A DNA stretch of 59,245 nt, filler included. It is 6 parts of 6 records of this genome, joined end to end, with 100 filler letters (N's around TTAATTAATTAA, not from the genome) between each part and the next. Parts side by side here need not be neighbours in the genome. Positions count along the whole stretch, not along the records: positions 5,914 to 19,411 come from DRR723986_754; positions 19,512 to 37,896 come from DRR723986_766; 4 more parts are not named here. One strand, written 5' to 3'. Under the pieces are notes generated by a model, which saw nothing but the letters and a program-made list of their open reading frames with translations, was not told where the DNA came from and ran no database searches. Of this stretch, positions 17,130 through 27,078 are shown one piece after another; the first letter of the stretch is position 1, and each line of letters starts with the position of its first letter. The translations under genes were made by a program, and so were the position numbers.

Positions 17130-18503
17130 ATGTCCATAGCGATCCCTTTCCCATCAGAGACCTTTCATCAGCTCGCCGATTTCACCCTGCGCGGCAGCCC
17201 CGACTCCATCCCTGCCAGCACGATGCAGCGCGCAGCGCTGTTGCTGCTCGACACTCTCGGGATCTGCGCGGCCTCGACCCCGATGGAAGCAGGCCGCATC
17301 GCCCGAGACACCACTCTGGCGCTTTATGGCAGCGATGATCCGGCGATGTCCGCGCCGATGCTGTTCGACGGCCGCCCCGCCAGCCTCGCCGGGGCCGCGT
17401 TCGCCGCTGCGACGCAGACCGACAATCTTGATGGCCATGACGGATACAACCCGGTGAAGGGTCATATCGGTGTTGCGGTGGTGCCCGCGCTCTCGGTCCT
17501 CGCGCAGCATTTGCCCGACCTTACCGGCCCTGAAGCATTGGCTGCCCTTGTTGTAGGCTACGAGGTGGCCGGGCGTGCCGGGACCGCACTTCACGCGACC
17601 GTCAGCGACTACCACACGTCCGGCGCCTGGAACGCGCTTGGGGTCGTGGCCCTGGCCGCACGGCTTCGGGGCCTGTCCGACACACAGCTGCGTCACGCGC
17701 TTGGCATTGCGGAATATCACGGCCCCCGCAGCCAGATGATGCGCGAGATCGCCAATCCGACGATGCTGCACGATGGGTCCGGCATGGGGGCTTTGGTGGG
17801 GCTGTCCTCCGTCATCATGGCCGAGAAGGGCTTTACCGGTGCGCCTGCGATTTCCCTGGAAGCACCGGAGGCGACCCATCACTGGGACGGTCTGGGGTGC
17901 GACTGGATCACCGAGCGGCAATATGTGAAGCCCTATCCGATCTGCCGTTGGGCACACGCACCGATTGACGGCGCAAAAAAGCTGCGTGCGGAACACCGCA
18001 TCGACCATGAAAAGATCACCCGCGTCACCATCCGCAGCTTTGCCGAGTCCATCGCGCTCTATCCCGGTATGCCGGATCATTCTGCACGGGCGCAATATGC
18101 GCTGGCCTTCCCGGTGGCCGCGATGCTGGTCAACGGTCATATCGGGCTGGACCAGATATCCGGCGCGGGGCTGTCCGATCCGCGCGTGGCGCGGCTTGTG
18201 GCGCTGACCGAGGGCAAGGTCGAACAGCGTCATCAAGACCGATTTCCGCAAGGACGATGGGCCGACATCGAGATCGAGATGAGGGACGGGGCGGTCTATG
18301 CCTCAGGCGACATCAACGCCAGCGGCGGTCCGGACAGCCCCTTCGATGCGACCACGATCTGTACGAAGTTCACGGCGTTCTCGGCGCCGGTTCTGGGACC
18401 AGATCGGACCCGGGCCCTATGCGACAGCGTGCTGTCCCTGACCCGGCCAGATACGCGTTTCTCGGCTGTGAACGACCTGATCACACAGCCCCTCGGTGGA
18501 TAG
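17130..18503 (+). CDS. MmgE/PrpD family protein
   Basis: LLDTLG, DNLDGHDG...KGH.G, VGYEV and KPYPICRWAH. Confidence 0.88.
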   Translation: MSIAIPFPSETFHQLADFTLRGSPDSIPASTMQRAALLLLDTLGICAASTPMEAGRIARDTTLALYGSDDPAMSAPMLFDGRPASLAGAAFAAATQTDNLDGHDGYNPVKGHIGVAVVPALSVLAQHLPDLTGPEALAALVVGYEVAGRAGTALHATVSDYHTSGAWNALGVVALAARLRGLSDTQLRHALGIAEYHGPRSQMMREIANPTMLHDGSGMGALVGLSSVIMAEKGFTGAPAISLEAPEATHHWDGLGCDWITERQYVKPYPICRWAHAPIDGAKKLRAEHRIDHEKITRVTIRSFAESIALYPGMPDHSARAQYALAFPVAAMLVNGHIGLDQISGAGLSDPRVARLVALTEGKVEQRHQDRFPQGRWADIEIEMRDGAVYASGDINASGGPDSPFDATTICTKFTAFSAPVLGPDRTRALCDSVLSLTRPDTRFSAVNDLITQPLGG

Positions 18504-18577
18504 ATGCCATCGGGTCATCACGGCTTCTGAGGCGAAGTCGGGTGGGTGGGTGGCCTGTGCGTGCGTCCGGCCCCGCT

Positions 18578-19411
18578 TTACCACTCGGGTGCCGCGCTGC
18601 CCAAAGCGCAGGCCGTCCGGTCCCATGCCATTGGTGTGCCAGTTACGTGAACCGGCGGCTGCAACCGGTGCGCAGGGCCCCATGGGGTGATTTCTGCCGC
18701 CGCAGCGAAATCCGCATCGCCCGCGGCTGCAAATGTCGCCCGGTCATCCGCTGGATACTGTGCCAGAAGCGCTGCCGTGCGGGCCAGCGACAGGCGCGCG
18801 TTGCGAAGACCCCGGCCCTCGACAGCATCGCGCAATGCCGCCAAAGCCGCGCCAGCCATCAGATAACCGCTGGCATGATCCAGCGCTTGCACCGGCAAGG
18901 GCGAGGGCTTGTCAGTGCGGGCCCAGGCGGTTCCGGCATCGGCGATGCCCGTCGACATCTGCACAAGGCTGTCATAGCCTCGACGCAGCGCCCAAGGACC
19001 GGTCCAGCCATAGGCGCAGAGCCTGACCTCGATCACCTGCGGCGCAGCCTTCGCCCGCCAGTCGGCCCCAAGGCCAAGCCGCTCCAGCGCATCCGGGCGA
19101 TAGCCGTTCACGAAGAGATCTGCCCCGGCCAACAATTCGGCAAACCGCGTCTGGCCCTCCGGTGTCCTCAGATCAAGCCGCGCGCAGCGTTTGCCAAGGG
19201 TCACATCTGGTGCAAGGCTCGGCTCCTCCCAGTCGACCGGATCAATGCGCAGCACATCCGCGCCGAACCCCGCCAACGCCCGCGTCGCGACCGGACCGGC
19301 CAGAATGCGCGTCAGGTCCAGGACCCGAAGGCCCTTCAGGGGCCGCGACGGAGTGCCCCCCCAATCGCGGATCATTCCGGCGCGCGGTGCGTCCCACATC
19401 ACCAGCGGCTC
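18578..19411 (-). CDS. Family III CoA-transferase (CaiB/BaiF-like, duplicated-domain type), 5' part missing
   Basis: PLKGLRVLDLTRILAGPVATR.LA.FGADVLRID, GYRP, RRGYDSLVQ and QALDH. Confidence 0.88.
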   Translation of the reverse strand, partial: EPLVMWDAPRAGMIRDWGGTPSRPLKGLRVLDLTRILAGPVATRALAGFGADVLRIDPVDWEEPSLAPDVTLGKRCARLDLRTPEGQTRFAELLAGADLFVNGYRPDALERLGLGADWRAKAAPQVIEVRLCAYGWTGPWALRRGYDSLVQMSTGIADAGTAWARTDKPSPLPVQALDHASGYLMAGAALAALRDAVEGRGLRNARLSLARTAALLAQYPADDRATFAAAGDADFAAAAEITPWGPAHRLQPPVHVTGTPMAWDRTACALGSAAPEW

Positions 19412-19511
19412 NNNNNNNNNNNNNNNNNNNNNNNNNNNNNNNNNNNNNNNNNNNNTTAATTAATTAANNNNNNNNNNNNNNNNNNNNNNNNNNNNNNNNN
19501 NNNNNNNNNNN
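19412..19511. other. Artificial contig linker
   Basis: N44-TTAATTAATTAA-N44. Confidence 0.99.
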
Positions 19512-20627
19512 TTTCTCCAGAATGGTGGTCAGCCCGCCGGCCTTGTTGCCGGGCGAGGGGTTGGCGTTCAGGGACACACCGTGCAGATCCGCATAATCGC
19601 GCCACCACTGGATGCGCTCGACCAGCTTTTCGCCGACCTCGCGGGTCGCGGCGCGCCGGGTCAGCAGATGTTCCGCGCCCCATGTCTCGGGTGTTTCCGA
19701 CAGGATCACCGTGCCACCCTGTTTCACGATCAGGTCGCTGGCCGCGCCAAGGGCGGGGTTGGCCGAAATGCCGGAATAGCCGTCCGATCCGCCGCAGATC
19801 AGCGCCAGCTTCAGGGCGGAGGCCGGGACCGGCTGCCGCTTGATCGCATTGGCCTCGTCCAGCACGCCTTTGACGAAATCGACGCCCTCGGCAATCGTCT
19901 GCCGCGTGCCGCCGCTTTTCTGGATCGTCATGCGGCGGAGGGAGTCGCTGCCTTCGAAGATGCCGCCAACCTGGTTCACCTCGCAGCCAAGGCCGATGAC
20001 GATGACATGGCTGATGTTGGGATGGGTCGCGTAGCCTTCGATCACCCGGCGCAGGATGCGCAGCGGCTCTCCGGAGGACATGCCGCAGCCGGTCTTGTGG
20101 GTCAGGGCCACGACGCCGTCCACGTCCGGGTAGTCGGCCAGCGGATCGTGGCCGGTGAAGGGGTCCCGTTCGAAGGTGCGGGCGATCCCGCGCGCCACCC
20201 GCGCCGAGCAGTTCACCGTGGTGAGGATGGCGATGTAGTTGCGGGTTCCGACCGCGCCGTTCGGTCGGACGTATCCCATGAACGTGCGGTCGCAGGACGG
20301 CACCGTGATCGGTGTCGGCGAGGTCGCATAGGCGTAGGTCTGTTCCAGCGCGTCGATCGACAGGTTGTGGGTGTGCACATGGCTGCCCTCGGCGATGTCG
20401 GCGGTGGCGACGCCGATGACCTCTCCGTAGCGCTTGATCCGGCTGCCCTCGGGCAGCGCCGACAGGGCGATCTTGTGGCCGGCGGGGATGCGGTCCCGCG
20501 CGATCAGCCCCTCGTCCAGCGCGGTCCCCGCGGGGATCGAGACCCGCGCGATGGCGACGCTGTCATCGGGGTGCAGCCGCAGGATCGGACCACGGGTGCG
20601 TGGCGCGGTGGAGGTGGTGTCTGGCAT
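19512..20627 (-). CDS. UxaA/GarD-family sugar-acid dehydratase (SAF + GD_AH domains), 3' part missing
   Basis: IPAGHKIAL...RYGE.IG...HVHTHNL, GTRNYI.I.TTVNCS, GLGCE, CGGSDGYSG and NPSPGNKAGGLTTI.EK. Confidence 0.9.
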
Positions 20628-20761
20628 GGTCGGTCCCTCGCAGGAAAATTGACCGGGCCCGTGGGGGCCGGGCATGGTTTCGACGGGCGCACGGGCCCCT
20701 TCGTCGCCGCGCAGCTTTCTCTGTGCAGGGGTGGCTTGTCTAATGCCCGGTCTCATTTGAC

Positions 20762-20780
20762 CGATACTGCATTGGTATCG
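20762..20780. promoter_or_regulatory. LysR-type site ATAC-N7-GTAT (divergent uxaA-like/Ldh2 promoter)
   Basis: CGATAC-tgcattg-GTATCG, a T-N11-A dyad; the same motif occurs at 22932 and 28119. Confidence 0.7.
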
Positions 20781-20862
20781 TCCGCCGTGGGTTTGATACC
20801 AATTTCCGCTCGCCATGCCGGAGGGAACGCAGGATAAATGCCCAAGACAAGGAGGAGCCCCC

Positions 20863-21927
20863 ATGACCAAATCCGCCCCCGAGAGCCGTTTCGCCAAATC
20901 CGAGCTGGACCGCTTTGCCCGTGACGTCTTTGCCGCCGCCGGGCTGAGGGAGGATCTGGCCGCCGATGTCGCGGAGGTGCTGATCGAGGCCGACATGATG
21001 GGCCACGCGACCCATGGTCTGGCGCTGGTGCCGATGTACCTCAAGGCGCTGGACAGCGGCGCGATGGCCAAGGACGGAGAGATCGAGGTGATCGCGGAGC
21101 TGGCCGCCTGCGCCACATGGCGCTGTCATCGCCTGCCCGGCGCGACCGTGACCAAGCGGGCCGTCGATCTGGGCGTCGAACGCGCCGCGAGCCATGGCTG
21201 CTGCACGGTATCGATCACCGACAGCTATCACATGGGCGCGCTGGCGGTCTATCTGGCGCGCGCGACCGAGCAGGGGATGATGGCGATCCTCGCCTCTTCG
21301 ACCGTCTCGACCCAAGGCGTCGCCCCCTATGGCGGCACCGTGGGCATCATGACGCCCAACCCCATCGCGGCGGGCATCCCCACCTCGGGTGATCCGATCC
21401 TGCTGGATATCTCCGCCTCGATCACGACCAAGAACAAGGCGATGCAATATGCCGCCGCCGGGCAGAGGCTGCCGCACGCATGGGCCATGGACGCCCACGG
21501 CACGCCGACCGACGACCCGTCGGTCCTGAACGAGGGCGGCACCCTGCTGCCGATGGGCGGGCTCGACCACGGCCACAAGGGCTATGCGCTGGGGTTGATG
21601 GTCGAGGCGCTGACGCAGGGCCTGTCCGGGGTCGGACGGGTGGACAAGCCCGGCGGCACCTACACCGCCGCCTTCCTTCAGGTGTTCGACCCACGCATCT
21701 TCGCGGGCCGTGACCCCTTCACCCGGACCACCGATCATCTGGTGGACCTGTGCCGAAGCAATCCGCCGCGCCCCGGTGTCGACAGGGTCCGGGTGCCCGG
21801 AGAGAACGCGATGGTGCGCCGCCGCGCCGCCCTGAGCGACGGGATCGCCCTGTCCGCCCAGATCATGCAGGGGCTGGAGGCCGCCGCCGGGCAGACCGGG
21901 GTCCCGATGCCCGAGGCGCTCGGCTGA
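20863..21927 (+). CDS. Ldh_2 family (malate/L-lactate/L-sulfolactate dehydrogenase-like) oxidoreductase
   Basis: ADMMGHATHG, HMGAL..Y, PNPIA, LDIS.S, GHKGYAL and RVRVPGE. Confidence 0.9.
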   Translation: MTKSAPESRFAKSELDRFARDVFAAAGLREDLAADVAEVLIEADMMGHATHGLALVPMYLKALDSGAMAKDGEIEVIAELAACATWRCHRLPGATVTKRAVDLGVERAASHGCCTVSITDSYHMGALAVYLARATEQGMMAILASSTVSTQGVAPYGGTVGIMTPNPIAAGIPTSGDPILLDISASITTKNKAMQYAAAGQRLPHAWAMDAHGTPTDDPSVLNEGGTLLPMGGLDHGHKGYALGLMVEALTQGLSGVGRVDKPGGTYTAAFLQVFDPRIFAGRDPFTRTTDHLVDLCRSNPPRPGVDRVRVPGENAMVRRRAALSDGIALSAQIMQGLEAAAGQTGVPMPEALG

Positions 21928-22008
21928 TCCGGCGGGCCCTTGCTGCGCTGTACGCTGGAAGGAAGGCAGGATATGGTAAAGACCCCAGCCGCAAACGATT
22001 ACCGGGCC

Positions 22009-22902
22009 ATGTTCGAACTGCACCAGCTTCGTTGCTTCGTGGCCGTCGCCTCCGAGATGAACTTTCATCGGGCGGCGGAGCAACTGAACATGACCCAGCC
22101 GCCGGTCAGCCGGCAGGTGCAGATCCTCGAGCGCCAGCTTGGGGTTCAGCTGTTCGACCGGACCGGGCGGTCCATCCGGCTGACCGCCGCGGGAGAGCGG
22201 TTCTTTTCCGAGGCCTGCGACCTGCTGCGCCGGGCAGAGAACGCCAAGCTCATCGCGCGCTCGGTCGCCAGCGGTCACATGGGCAATGTCAGCCTTGCCT
22301 TCATCCCCATCGCCGCCGTGCCCATCGTGCCGGTCATCGTGACGAAACTGGCGGATGAGTTGCCCGACATCCGCATCGTCCTGAACGAGATGCTGACCGG
22401 AGAGCAATTGGAACGCCTGCGCACGGGGCAGATCGACATCGGCATCCTGCGCCATCCCGAGGGCAAGGTGCCCGGCATACACAAGCGGCTGCTGAGCGAA
22501 CCCTACAGCCTTGCGGTTCACAAGGATCACCCCTTCGCCACGCGGGACGACCTGACTCTGCGCGATCTCGACGGGCAGGATCTGCTGATGTATTCGCCCG
22601 GGTCGGGCTGGTACGGCTACGAATTGCTGCGCCCGATCTTCGCCGCACAGGGGGTCAGCCCGAATTTCGTCCAGCATGTGGGGCAAGGGATTTCCATGCT
22701 CAGCCTCGTGGACGTGGGCTATGGCATGGCGCTGGTGCCGGACGGGCTGCGCCTCTTGCGGCTGGAGAACGTGGCGATCCGGCCCATCGCGCTGCCGCCG
22801 GAGGCCACCTCGGATTACCACATCGTCATGAGCGAGGCGGCGCAGGACGATCCGGCGGTGCGGCAGGTCTTCGACGCCGCCTGCGCGGCCTTCGGGGTCT
22901 AG
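22009..22902 (+). CDS. LysR-family regulator (CatR/BenM/AlsR-like)
   Basis: MFELHQLRCFVAVASEMNFHRAAEQLNMTQPPVSRQ...LFDRTGRSIRLT.AG. Confidence 0.95.
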   Translation: MFELHQLRCFVAVASEMNFHRAAEQLNMTQPPVSRQVQILERQLGVQLFDRTGRSIRLTAAGERFFSEACDLLRRAENAKLIARSVASGHMGNVSLAFIPIAAVPIVPVIVTKLADELPDIRIVLNEMLTGEQLERLRTGQIDIGILRHPEGKVPGIHKRLLSEPYSLAVHKDHPFATRDDLTLRDLDGQDLLMYSPGSGWYGYELLRPIFAAQGVSPNFVQHVGQGISMLSLVDVGYGMALVPDGLRLLRLENVAIRPIALPPEATSDYHIVMSEAAQDDPAVRQVFDAACAAFGV

Positions 22903-22931
22903 GCGTCTTCCGTATCACCCCGCGCCCCGTG

Positions 22932-22972
22932 ATGCGCGCAGGGTATCGGTCGCACGCGCAACGGAATTGGAC
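22932..22972 (+). promoter_or_regulatory. LysR-type site plus downstream AACGGAATTGGAC element
   Basis: ATGC-N7-GTAT, 13 nt, AACGGAATTGGAC; spacing matches the tctC promoter exactly. Confidence 0.65.
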
Positions 22973-23031
22973 AACCGCGAAGACGGCTGGAAAGACGGAG
23001 GGGAAAACACCCCTGCCCGAAAGGACCCGGC

Positions 23032-23949
23032 ATGTCAGATCCCACCCTCTCACAGGCCCTGCGCGGCGTCTCGGGCATTCTCGTGGCGCCTTTCAATGCG
23101 GACGACCGTCTCGATCCCGCGCCGCTGGGTCCGATCGTCGATCGCGCGGTGGGCGTGGGTGTGCATGGTCTCGTCGCCAACGGAAACACCGGGGAATTCT
23201 ACGGGTTGACCACTGCCGAGGCCCAGGCCTTCGTGCGCATCTGTGCCGAGCGCATTGCCGGGCGGGTGCCGCTGCTGGCGGGGATCGGCCGGTCGATCCA
23301 CGATGCCTGCGCGCTGGCCCGGACCTCGGCAGAGGTCGGGGCCGCGGCCCTGATGATCCACCAGCCGCCGGACCCCTTCGTGGCGCCCCGCGGGATCGTC
23401 GACTACATCGAGCGGGTGCGGGAGGCCTCTGGCGGGCTGCCCTTGGTGCTCTACCTGCGCAACGACGCCATTGGCACCGACCGGATCGCCGCGCTCTGCG
23501 CGGTCGAGGGCGTCGTCGGCGTGAAATGGGCGACGCCGAACCCCCTGAAACTGGCCGAAGCCATGGCCGTCAGCCCCGACCACATCGTCTGGGTCGGCGG
23601 CTTGGCCGAGACATGGGCCGCCTCCTTCTATGCCGTGGGCGCGCGGGGCTTCACCTCTGGTCTCATCAACGTCTGGCCGGAGATGTCGGTGGCGATCCAC
23701 GCCGCATTGGAGGCCGGAGACTGGGCCGAGGCGCGGCGTCTGGTGGCGCAGATGGCGGTCTTCGAAGAGATCCGCGCCGAAGAGATGAACGGCACCAACG
23801 TCACCGGCGTGAAAGCGGCGCTGGCCATGATGGGACGGGACTGCGGGCCCACGCGCCCGCCCTCGGCCTGGCCCCTCGACCCGGACCAGTCGGACCGCCT
23901 GCGGGGCTTCCTGTCCCGGAACGGCCTGCTTTCTGCCGGGGCGGCCTGA
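23032..23949 (+). CDS. DapA-like class I aldolase/dehydratase
   Basis: NGNTGEFY, catalytic Tyr (VLYLR) and Schiff-base Lys (GVKWA). Confidence 0.9.
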   Translation: MSDPTLSQALRGVSGILVAPFNADDRLDPAPLGPIVDRAVGVGVHGLVANGNTGEFYGLTTAEAQAFVRICAERIAGRVPLLAGIGRSIHDACALARTSAEVGAAALMIHQPPDPFVAPRGIVDYIERVREASGGLPLVLYLRNDAIGTDRIAALCAVEGVVGVKWATPNPLKLAEAMAVSPDHIVWVGGLAETWAASFYAVGARGFTSGLINVWPEMSVAIHAALEAGDWAEARRLVAQMAVFEEIRAEEMNGTNVTGVKAALAMMGRDCGPTRPPSAWPLDPDQSDRLRGFLSRNGLLSAGAA

Positions 23950-24923
23950 TGGGCGCGCGCGCAGGGGTTCTCGTCGCCCGCCCCGTTCCGCCAGAGGTGG
24001 GCCGGGCCGCCGCCGCCCGGTTCGACGCGGTTCTGGCCGATCACAACATGGACGCCGCCGAGGTGGTGCGGACGGTGACAGAGGGTCGGCTGGCCGGGCT
24101 CGTCATGGGGGGAAACCTCCGGCTGGATGCCGCCACGATCCACGCCCTGCCGGAGTGCCTGCGGATCATCGCCACCACCAGCGTGGGCACCGACCACATC
24201 GACCTTGCCGCGGCGGCGGAGCGGGGGCTGACGGTCACGAACGTGCCGGATGTGGGGTTGGAGTGTACCGCCGATCTGACGATGCTGCACATTCTCGCGG
24301 CCTGCCGGCGTTATCCGGAATACGAGGCCGAGATGCGCCGCGGTTGGGGCCGGAAATACGGCTTCGACGAAAGGCTCGGCCAGCAGATCGGCGGGCGCCG
24401 GCTGGGGATCGTCGGGGCCGGGCGGATCGGGCGGCTGGTGGCGGCCCGTGCGGCGGCCTTCGGGATGCAACTGCATTACACCGATCTCGCCCCGGTGGCA
24501 GAGATCGACGCCATGGGCGGCACCTATCACGCGGATATCGACGCGCTCCTGCCGGTCGCGCAGGTGCTGACGCTGCATCTGCCGGACCTGCCCGCCACGC
24601 GCGGCCTGCTGAATGCCCGGCGGATCGCGGCGCTGCCCGACGGGGCCGTGGTGGTGAACGCGGCACGCGGCAGCCTGCTGGACTATGACGCGCTGCGCGA
24701 GGCGCTGGTCTCGGGGAAGCTGGCCGGGGCCGGGCTGGACACCTTTCCGGACGAGCCGCACATCGACCCGGCGCTGGCGGCGCTGCCGAATGTCTCTCTC
24801 ACGCCGCATATGGGCAACGCCACGCAGGGCGCGCGCGTGGCGGTCTGCCTGCGCTGTCTGGACAATGTCGAGGCGCTGCTGACCAAGGGCGTCGCGCTCA
24901 ACCCGGTCACGCCCCTGCGCTGA
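23949..24923 (+). CDS. D-isomer-specific 2-hydroxyacid dehydrogenase
   Basis: SVGTDHIDL, GAGRIG, VNAARG, DTFPDEP and TPHMG; TGATG coupling to the upstream gene. Confidence 0.92.
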   Translation: MGARAGVLVARPVPPEVGRAAAARFDAVLADHNMDAAEVVRTVTEGRLAGLVMGGNLRLDAATIHALPECLRIIATTSVGTDHIDLAAAAERGLTVTNVPDVGLECTADLTMLHILAACRRYPEYEAEMRRGWGRKYGFDERLGQQIGGRRLGIVGAGRIGRLVAARAAAFGMQLHYTDLAPVAEIDAMGGTYHADIDALLPVAQVLTLHLPDLPATRGLLNARRIAALPDGAVVVNAARGSLLDYDALREALVSGKLAGAGLDTFPDEPHIDPALAALPNVSLTPHMGNATQGARVAVCLRCLDNVEALLTKGVALNPVTPLR

Positions 24924-24940
24924 GCGTAAAACGTCGCGAC

Positions 24941-24982
24941 AAAAAGAAGCCGGCCGCCCTGACGGGGCGGCCGCTTTCTTTT
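24941..24982. terminator. Bidirectional terminator between convergent operons
   Basis: AAAAAGAAG-CCGGCCGCCC-tgac-GGGGCGGCCG-CTTTCTTTT. Confidence 0.8.
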
Positions 24983-25007
24983 GGCCGGGCGTGGTCTTGC
25001 GGGCGGA

Positions 25008-26543
25008 TCAGTCGCCGGCGGGGGCGGGATCGGACGGGCCTGCGGTGGGGGCGCCCGCCCTCCTGCGCCCTGAAACGGCGCGCCAGACCGAAAAGACCAC
25101 ATAGGCCATCGCCAGCCCGAGGAAGACCGCCGTCACCGGGCGTTCGAAGAAGGGCAGGAACTCTCCGCGGGTCGACATCAGTGCGCTGCGCAGGTTCTTC
25201 TCGATCATCGGCCCAAGGATGAAGCCAAGGATCAGCGGCGCGAAGGGAAAGCCGAAGACCAGCATGCCGTATCCGACGATGCCGAAGCCCAGCAGGGTGT
25301 AGACGTCGAACATCCGGTTGTTGCCCGCATAGGCCCCGACGACGCACATCACCATGACCAGCGCGAGCAGGTAGTGTTTCGGCACCGCAAGGATGCGCAC
25401 GAACAGCCGGATGCCGAAATATTCCAGAAACAGCATCACGAAGGCGGCGATCGTCATGGCGGTGAAGATCGCATAGACCAGATCGCCATTGGTGGTGAAC
25501 AGCATCGGACCCGGCTGGATGCCGTGGATCAGGAACCCCCCAAGCAGCAGGGCCGTCACCGCATCGCCGGGAATGCCCAGGGCGATCAGCGGCACCATGG
25601 CAGCCCCGATGCCGGCGTTGTTGGCGCTTTCGCTGGCGACCAGCCCGCCGGGCGCGCCCTTGCCGAATTGCTCGGGCGTCCTGGAGGCGCTGCGCGCCGC
25701 CATCCACGCCAGAAGGTTCGAGGTGCCCGAGCCGATCCCGGGCAGAAGGCCGATCCCGACGCCGATGGCGCTGGAGCGGAACAGGTTCGGCAGGAAGGAG
25801 CGGAATTCGCGCCCGCTGACGCCGAAGAAGCCCGACATCCTGAAGCTGCGCGGCGCCGGGGTTCTGGCCTGCCCGATGGTCTCGGCTTCCTTCAGGACCT
25901 CGGAGACGGCGAACAGGCCCAGCAGAACCGGCAACAGGCTGAGGCCCGCATCGAAATCGCCGATGCCGAAGGTGAACCGCTTGTAGCCGTCGATGGGGGC
26001 CAGTCCGATCATGCCCACCAGCAGACCGATGGCGGCGCTGGCCAGACCCTTGGCGAGGTTGCCGCCGGACAGGCCCGCCACGAGCGTCAGGGCAAAGACC
26101 GAGATCGCGAAATACTCGTAGGCGCCGAACTTCAGCGCGATGCGCGCAAGGGGGGGCGCCAGCAGGAACAGCGTGACGCAGCCGATCAGCGTGCCGAGGA
26201 AGCTGAACAGGATGCCGATGCCCAAGGCACGGCCCGCCTCGCCGTTGCGGGCCATCGGGTAGCCGTCGAAGGTGGTGGCGATCGAGGACGGCGTTCCGGG
26301 GATGTTGATGAGGATCGCGGTAATCAGCCCCCCCGAGATGCCTCCGATATAAAGGCCCATCAACAGGCTGAGGCTGGTGACGGGATCCATCCCGAAGGTG
26401 ATCGGCAGGCACAGGGCAATCGCCATCATCGCGGTCAGCCCCGGGATGGAGCCGAAGACGATGCCGATGGCGACGCCGGCGAAGACGGCAAGAAGGGGCG
26501 CGGGGGCCAATGCGGCCATGACGCCATCAATCCAGACGGACAT
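25008..26543 (-). CDS. tctA: Tripartite tricarboxylate transporter large subunit (copy 1)
   Basis: GSIPGL, NIPGTPSSIATTFDGYPMA, SESANNA, GIPGDAVTA and PGP. Confidence 0.93.
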   Translation of the reverse strand: MSVWIDGVMAALAPAPLLAVFAGVAIGIVFGSIPGLTAMMAIALCLPITFGMDPVTSLSLLMGLYIGGISGGLITAILINIPGTPSSIATTFDGYPMARNGEAGRALGIGILFSFLGTLIGCVTLFLLAPPLARIALKFGAYEYFAISVFALTLVAGLSGGNLAKGLASAAIGLLVGMIGLAPIDGYKRFTFGIGDFDAGLSLLPVLLGLFAVSEVLKEAETIGQARTPAPRSFRMSGFFGVSGREFRSFLPNLFRSSAIGVGIGLLPGIGSGTSNLLAWMAARSASRTPEQFGKGAPGGLVASESANNAGIGAAMVPLIALGIPGDAVTALLLGGFLIHGIQPGPMLFTTNGDLVYAIFTAMTIAAFVMLFLEYFGIRLFVRILAVPKHYLLALVMVMCVVGAYAGNNRMFDVYTLLGFGIVGYGMLVFGFPFAPLILGFILGPMIEKNLRSALMSTRGEFLPFFERPVTAVFLGLAMAYVVFSVWRAVSGRRRAGAPTAGPSDPAPAGD

Positions 26544-26553
26544 GGGGGCTCTC

Positions 26554-27033
26554 CTAGAACGGGCCGGATGGCAGGATCAGACCGAAGCCATACGAAAAGG
26601 CGGCGTAGATCGCGCCGGTGGCGACGGTGGCGACGGCGGCGAACACCGGCCAGTTCCGGTCCCCGGCATCCGACAGCAGAACGAACTGCAGGGGCAGGTA
26701 GACGAGCGTGGCCAGCGCAAAGCCGATCCTCGGCACGGTGATGCCATAGGCCACGATCAGCAGGCAGGTGGCTCCGACCCGGCGCAGGTTGCGGCGCGGG
26801 GCGGGCTGGCCTTCGGGGTCGGGGGCCGGTTCATCCCGCTGGCCGAACAGGGCCTGCAGAATGATGACACAGGCCAGGAGGCCCAGCAGGGCCGAGGCCA
26901 CTTCGGGGAAGAAGCCCGAGTCGATGCCCATCGGGATGCGGGCCTCTATGCCGCGGGCGACGAGGTGGACGGCAAGGGCAAGCGCGAGAAGCGCGGCCCC
27001 TGCCACGAGGTCTTTGATCTGATGCTGCGTCAT
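26554..27033 (-). CDS. tctB: TTT small membrane subunit (copy 1)
   Basis: Four TM helices, FFP motif and LILPSG end; lies between tctC and tctA. Confidence 0.85.
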   Translation of the reverse strand: MTQHQIKDLVAGAALLALALAVHLVARGIEARIPMGIDSGFFPEVASALLGLLACVIILQALFGQRDEPAPDPEGQPAPRRNLRRVGATCLLIVAYGITVPRIGFALATLVYLPLQFVLLSDAGDRNWPVFAAVATVATGAIYAAFSYGFGLILPSGPF

Positions 27034-27078
27034 GGCTCAGGCGCGCGGGATGTTAGGCGACCCCGCGCGCGATCCTCC

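Noticed and set aside
19512..21927. Sulfolactate pathway (SuyAB + ComC) suggested by UxaA-like and Ldh_2 genes plus cuyA nearby
   Set aside because: The dehydratase is a fused UxaA/GarD type with TVNCS rather than a split SuyAB, and cuyA lies on a different contig. Not excluded, but unsupported.
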